Below, piece by piece: positions 37,705 through 41,022 of a DNA stretch of 41,022 bases (position 1 is the first letter of the stretch; each line of letters begins with the position of its first letter). This DNA is from Coleofasciculus sp. B1-GNL1-01 (GTDB taxonomy: Bacteria; Cyanobacteriota; Cyanobacteriia; Cyanobacteriales; Coleofasciculaceae). The translations under genes were made by a program, and so were the position numbers. The DNA is taken from the NCBI GenBank assembly GCA_040220235.1, contig JAVJTO010000042.1; one strand, 5' to 3'. The notes below the pieces were generated by a model that was not told where the DNA came from, did not search any database, and saw only the letters and a program-made list of their open reading frames with translations.

Positions 37705-38388
37705 ATGATACAGAAATGGGCAGTAGCTACAGCAGTAACAGCAGTAACGGTTCTGGGAGCGCTAGCAGCTCCAGCCAGTGCCATAAGCCTAGCGGATCTA
37801 GAGAATGATGGTGGGACATTAGAGACTACCGACAAGATATTCAGTGACTTCACTTGCTTAATTAGTTCCGATCCGACAACAAATACCCCAACCAGTTGTG
37901 AAGATGTCGAAGTCTCTTTACTTGCCAATGGACTGAAATTTGAAAGTGACTTTTTCGCAGCAGAAGGCGCAAGCTCATTTATCGATGTCTTAATCCAGTA
38001 CACAGTAATGGCTAAGCCAGGAACGTCACCCTTCAACAGTATTGGATTAGCATTCGATGGTGAAGTCACCAATCCTGATGGATTTGCATCCATTACAGAA
38101 ACTGTCGTTGATGCTAATGATGTAAATAAATTCCTTGGCTCTCTCACCGTGACAGCACCAGATGATTTATCTGATCCTGGTTTTGAATTGAATCAAGATG
38201 TTCCTCTGAGTGAATCAGTCACAAAAGCCCTCGTTACCAAAGATATCTTTCTAACTGATGGAGCAAGGATTTCTATGATTACTCAGACTTACCAAGTTCC
38301 TGAACCCGGTACAATAGCAGGTCTAGTAGGATTAGGCTCCTTGGGCATTGGGTCGATTCTGAAACGGCAACGTCAAAAAGATTCATAG
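37705..38388 (+). CDS. PEP-CTERM sorting domain protein 3
   Basis: AAGGAG SD, signal peptide, VPEPGTIAGL..KRQRQK. Confidence 0.93.
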   Translation: MIQKWAVATAVTAVTVLGALAAPASAISLADLENDGGTLETTDKIFSDFTCLISSDPTTNTPTSCEDVEVSLLANGLKFESDFFAAEGASSFIDVLIQYTVMAKPGTSPFNSIGLAFDGEVTNPDGFASITETVVDANDVNKFLGSLTVTAPDDLSDPGFELNQDVPLSESVTKALVTKDIFLTDGARISMITQTYQVPEPGTIAGLVGLGSLGIGSILKRQRQKDS

Positions 38389-38446
38389 TTAGCTGTGTTA
38401 GTTACATCTAAACTCTATTCATGCACGTAGTAATTTAGGAGGATTA

Positions 38447-39166
38447 ATGATTCACAAACGTAGGTTAGCACTCGCATTTACCGCAGCAACTGTTGCAACC
38501 ACACTTGCAGCCCCAGCCCAGGCACTAGTGTTTAATCTGGGAGACTTAATCAGCAATAATCAAAGCATTACTGTTGGTGATAAAGAATTCGGCAATTTCG
38601 AGTGTATTATCAGCCAGACAGGAACGACAACGCCGAATAGCTGTAACAGCATCAATGTCCAAACCAAAGATGATGATCCGTTTGGGTTACTGTTTCAGAC
38701 TGGCTTTTCAGCTCGTTCAACATCCACCAATCCATCATCAAGCCTAGATGTCTTCCTCGCCTACGATATCACTGTTCTCGACCCAAACAAGCGGTTGGAC
38801 AGTGCGCTGCTCAAATTTGATGGTTCAGGTTCCCCGCCGAGCGCATTGGCTAACGACGATGTGCTAGCGAAGGTTACTCAAACCATCAAGGCGATGGATA
38901 ACACAACGGTTGGTACAGCCGAAGTTTTTGCTCCGCCAGCCAACAATAAAACTGATCAAGTCTCTTTAGACCAAAAGCTTGCTAAAGCCAGGGTAGAGAA
39001 CCAAATTAACATCGAAGCTAAAAATGGTGCTAGAGGGTTCATTTCCGTGGTGGAAAATCGGTACGAGCAAACCGAGGTTCCTGAACCCGGTACAATTGGC
39101 GGCTTACTCGCCGTGGGTTCCCTGGGTATCGGTTCAATCTTGAAGCAGTTTAAACAAAAGAAGTAA
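38447..39166 (+). CDS. PEP-CTERM sorting domain protein 4 (paralog of 3)
   Basis: AGGAGG SD, signal peptide, DKxFxxFxC..TP.SC shared with protein 3, VPEPGTIGGL..KQFKQKK. Confidence 0.93.
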   Translation: MIHKRRLALAFTAATVATTLAAPAQALVFNLGDLISNNQSITVGDKEFGNFECIISQTGTTTPNSCNSINVQTKDDDPFGLLFQTGFSARSTSTNPSSSLDVFLAYDITVLDPNKRLDSALLKFDGSGSPPSALANDDVLAKVTQTIKAMDNTTVGTAEVFAPPANNKTDQVSLDQKLAKARVENQINIEAKNGARGFISVVENRYEQTEVPEPGTIGGLLAVGSLGIGSILKQFKQKK

Positions 39167-39290
39167 TCCCCTAACTTAGTGTGTTCCCAACAAAGGTTCC
39201 TCAGCATGTGCTTCACTGACTGAGGTTTTGCCATCTTTATCCCCATCTGAATCGTTGATTTGGGTGGGGTTATAATTATGTCCGGTTGAA

Positions 39291-39418
39291 TAAGCTGTCA
39301 TGCATTTAAATTGGGTATTAGTAGCGAGCAAGATGCAAAGCCTGCGGCATGGCTTCGCTAAACGCACTACAAGGATTGCGCCATCATTGATATTAAGGTT
39401 TAAATGCCGAACAGCTTA
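39291..39418. mobile_element. 128-bp MITE with TA ends
   Basis: TIR TAAGCTGTCATGCATTTAAA / TTTAAATGCCGAACAGCTTA (17/20 match). Confidence 0.75.
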
Positions 39419-39563
39419 CTTACACTATTGGTGGAGACAAGACACCAAGGCAGGAGGCAGTAGTTCGGCAGGACTTCGGCGTGAGCGCTCAGTCGAACGC
39501 TCACCAACCAGGCAGAAGGCACGATAAGTTAACTGATGGTGGGGGTTTGGGGGAGGAACCATA

Positions 39564-39604
39564 AGTCCCACACCATAGCATAAGCTTGGTGTTGGGTAGT
39601 TCAC
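39564..39604 (+). mobile_element. Orphan IS200/IS605-like right end
   Basis: Hairpin CCCACACCA..TGGTGTTGGG followed by TAGTTCAC, the same architecture as the tnpB right end (TAGTTCAT). Confidence 0.5.
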
Positions 39605-39850
39605 TGTAGAAGTCAGGGGAAATGAGTTATACTCGAACTCCTTATCGCATCCAATGCAGGGTAGCAACCCTCAAACGGATCAGCGTAAGTTTCTGCCTAC
39701 AGCACATATACTACTGTTCTTAGCCCGAAAAACAGTCTACTCTAGATAGAGAGGGGAAATCCCCTGCCAAAGCTTCAACTTCTGGTAGAAAACGTTTTGA
39801 CATCAGGTGCACAGGGTCAATGTCTCAGCTCTTCAGAGCTACATCCCAAA

Positions 39851-40843
39851 ATGGACGCTTCTGTATTAATCGTGGGAAATCCGCAATTCCTTAAGACGTT
39901 CCTTGACCAGATTCGCACGATCACGTCTGGCAAGGTGGAGTCGTCTGCCAATCCAGAAGATGCTCTGAGTAAGGTTCAAGCTAAACAATACGCAATTTTA
40001 ATCGTGCAGGCAACCCAAAATGGGAGTTTGGAACTGTGTAAGCAGGTTAAAGAACAGCTACAGTTAAGCTGGATCTATTGCATTTTAATTAATGACCCGT
40101 CTTATTCCTTGAGTGAAAGCAAAGCCGCTGATCCGCGTCGGGAACAAATTATTTGTGCTGAAGCCCTAGAAGGCGGTGCCGATGCCTACTTACCCTTGAC
40201 TTGCACCCCAACGGGAGATCCAGGAAGTGCGTTGGCAGAATATCGGCTTCTGAAAGCCCATATCCTAGCCGGATGGCGCAGTGTACAGTTCTACCAAAAA
40301 CTGCTGCAAACCAATGATGTTCTCTCCACCTTGGCTCTGGCTGATCCCTTAACCGAACTGAATAATCGTCGGGCGATGGAATGGGAGTTACCACGGCAAA
40401 TCCAAAATGCCCGCACCTACATCACGGATCTGAGTGTGATTATGATGGATGTGGATCATTTCAAATCCGTGAATGATACCTATGGACATCAAGTTGGCGA
40501 TCGCGTTTTGCAGTTGCTCTCAACTAGACTCCAGCATAATCTGCGCCTACAGGATACGTTGTTTCGGTATGGCGGCGAAGAGTTTTTAGTGGTTCTTAAT
40601 CAAACGAATGGGGAGGAAGCTAAAATTGTCGCCAAACGCCTGCGATATCAGATCAACGAGCAACCGTTTAATGTAGATGGTACGATCGCGATCGAGATTA
40701 CGATTAGCGTTGGCATTGCTTCTCTCAAGGCTTCAGATGACCACAAAGGTGAAAGCCTCGTCAAACGGGCGGATCATAATCTCTTGCGTGCCAAAGCTAA
40801 AGGAACGAACCAGGTGCTTTACAGTGATGACACACTTTATTAA
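39851..40843 (+). CDS. Diguanylate cyclase with N-terminal pseudo-receiver domain
   Basis: DPLTELNNRR, DVDHFKSVNDTYGH..GD, RLQD (RxxD I-site), RYGGEEF. The receiver lacks its acidic residues. ATG 39851 preferred over TTG 39797. Confidence 0.92.
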   Translation: MDASVLIVGNPQFLKTFLDQIRTITSGKVESSANPEDALSKVQAKQYAILIVQATQNGSLELCKQVKEQLQLSWIYCILINDPSYSLSESKAADPRREQIICAEALEGGADAYLPLTCTPTGDPGSALAEYRLLKAHILAGWRSVQFYQKLLQTNDVLSTLALADPLTELNNRRAMEWELPRQIQNARTYITDLSVIMMDVDHFKSVNDTYGHQVGDRVLQLLSTRLQHNLRLQDTLFRYGGEEFLVVLNQTNGEEAKIVAKRLRYQINEQPFNVDGTIAIEITISVGIASLKASDDHKGESLVKRADHNLLRAKAKGTNQVLYSDDTLY

Positions 40844-41022
40844 AGTGTTGAGTTTTGACCCTTCGCTTTGCTCAAAGGTACGGTTTTGACATTCTGCGCT
40901 CTGAAGAGACGCAGATTCTCGCATCAGATTCGGCAGAGAAACCTTTGTCCGAATTCCGAATGGGCATTATCAAGATGCCTCTACTTGCTCAAACCTGCTA
41001 TTTTTCAATACAGGCATTGCAG

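Noticed and set aside
39176..39667. Short ORFs downstream of PEP-CTERM 4
   Set aside because: They span MITE and palindrome sequence; no coding signature.
1..41022. HIP1 (GCGATCGC) abundance as a novelty; tRNA, rRNA and CRISPR arrays
   Set aside because: HIP1 is a well-known cyanobacterial feature, used here only as a marker of native DNA. No tRNA, rRNA or repeat-spacer array was recognised by eye.

Overview
Cyanobacterial chromosomal window. It has many HIP1 GCGATCGC octamers, GTAG-type REP-like palindromes and short tandem repeats, typical of large-genome filamentous taxa. Housekeeping and signalling genes include leuC, leuD, dacB, an S41 protease, DUF3155, hik2, an SLH protein, a TerB-like protein, rsmB, a Ser/Thr kinase-GUN4 protein and a GGDEF cyclase. 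The left 7 kb looks like a conflict/defence island: an ISL3 nested in a decayed IS630, which truncates a UvrD-type helicase, then yefM-yoeB, a three-gene operon and xisH/xisI. That operon (MORC-like GHKL ATPase fused to a histidine kinase, receiver protein, ComEC-like metallo-beta-lactamase hydrolase) is the best candidate for an undescribed system. An ABC-ATPase + TOPRIM-like pair sits between leuC and leuD. Also present: a stand-alone DsrE/F/H-like trio, a NACHT-pentapeptide protein, a TnpB element, several MITEs, an internally deleted Uma2 gene, and four PEP-CTERM genes whose upstream regions share an 11-bp-periodic motif. All calls come from motif reading by eye; no database searches were run.
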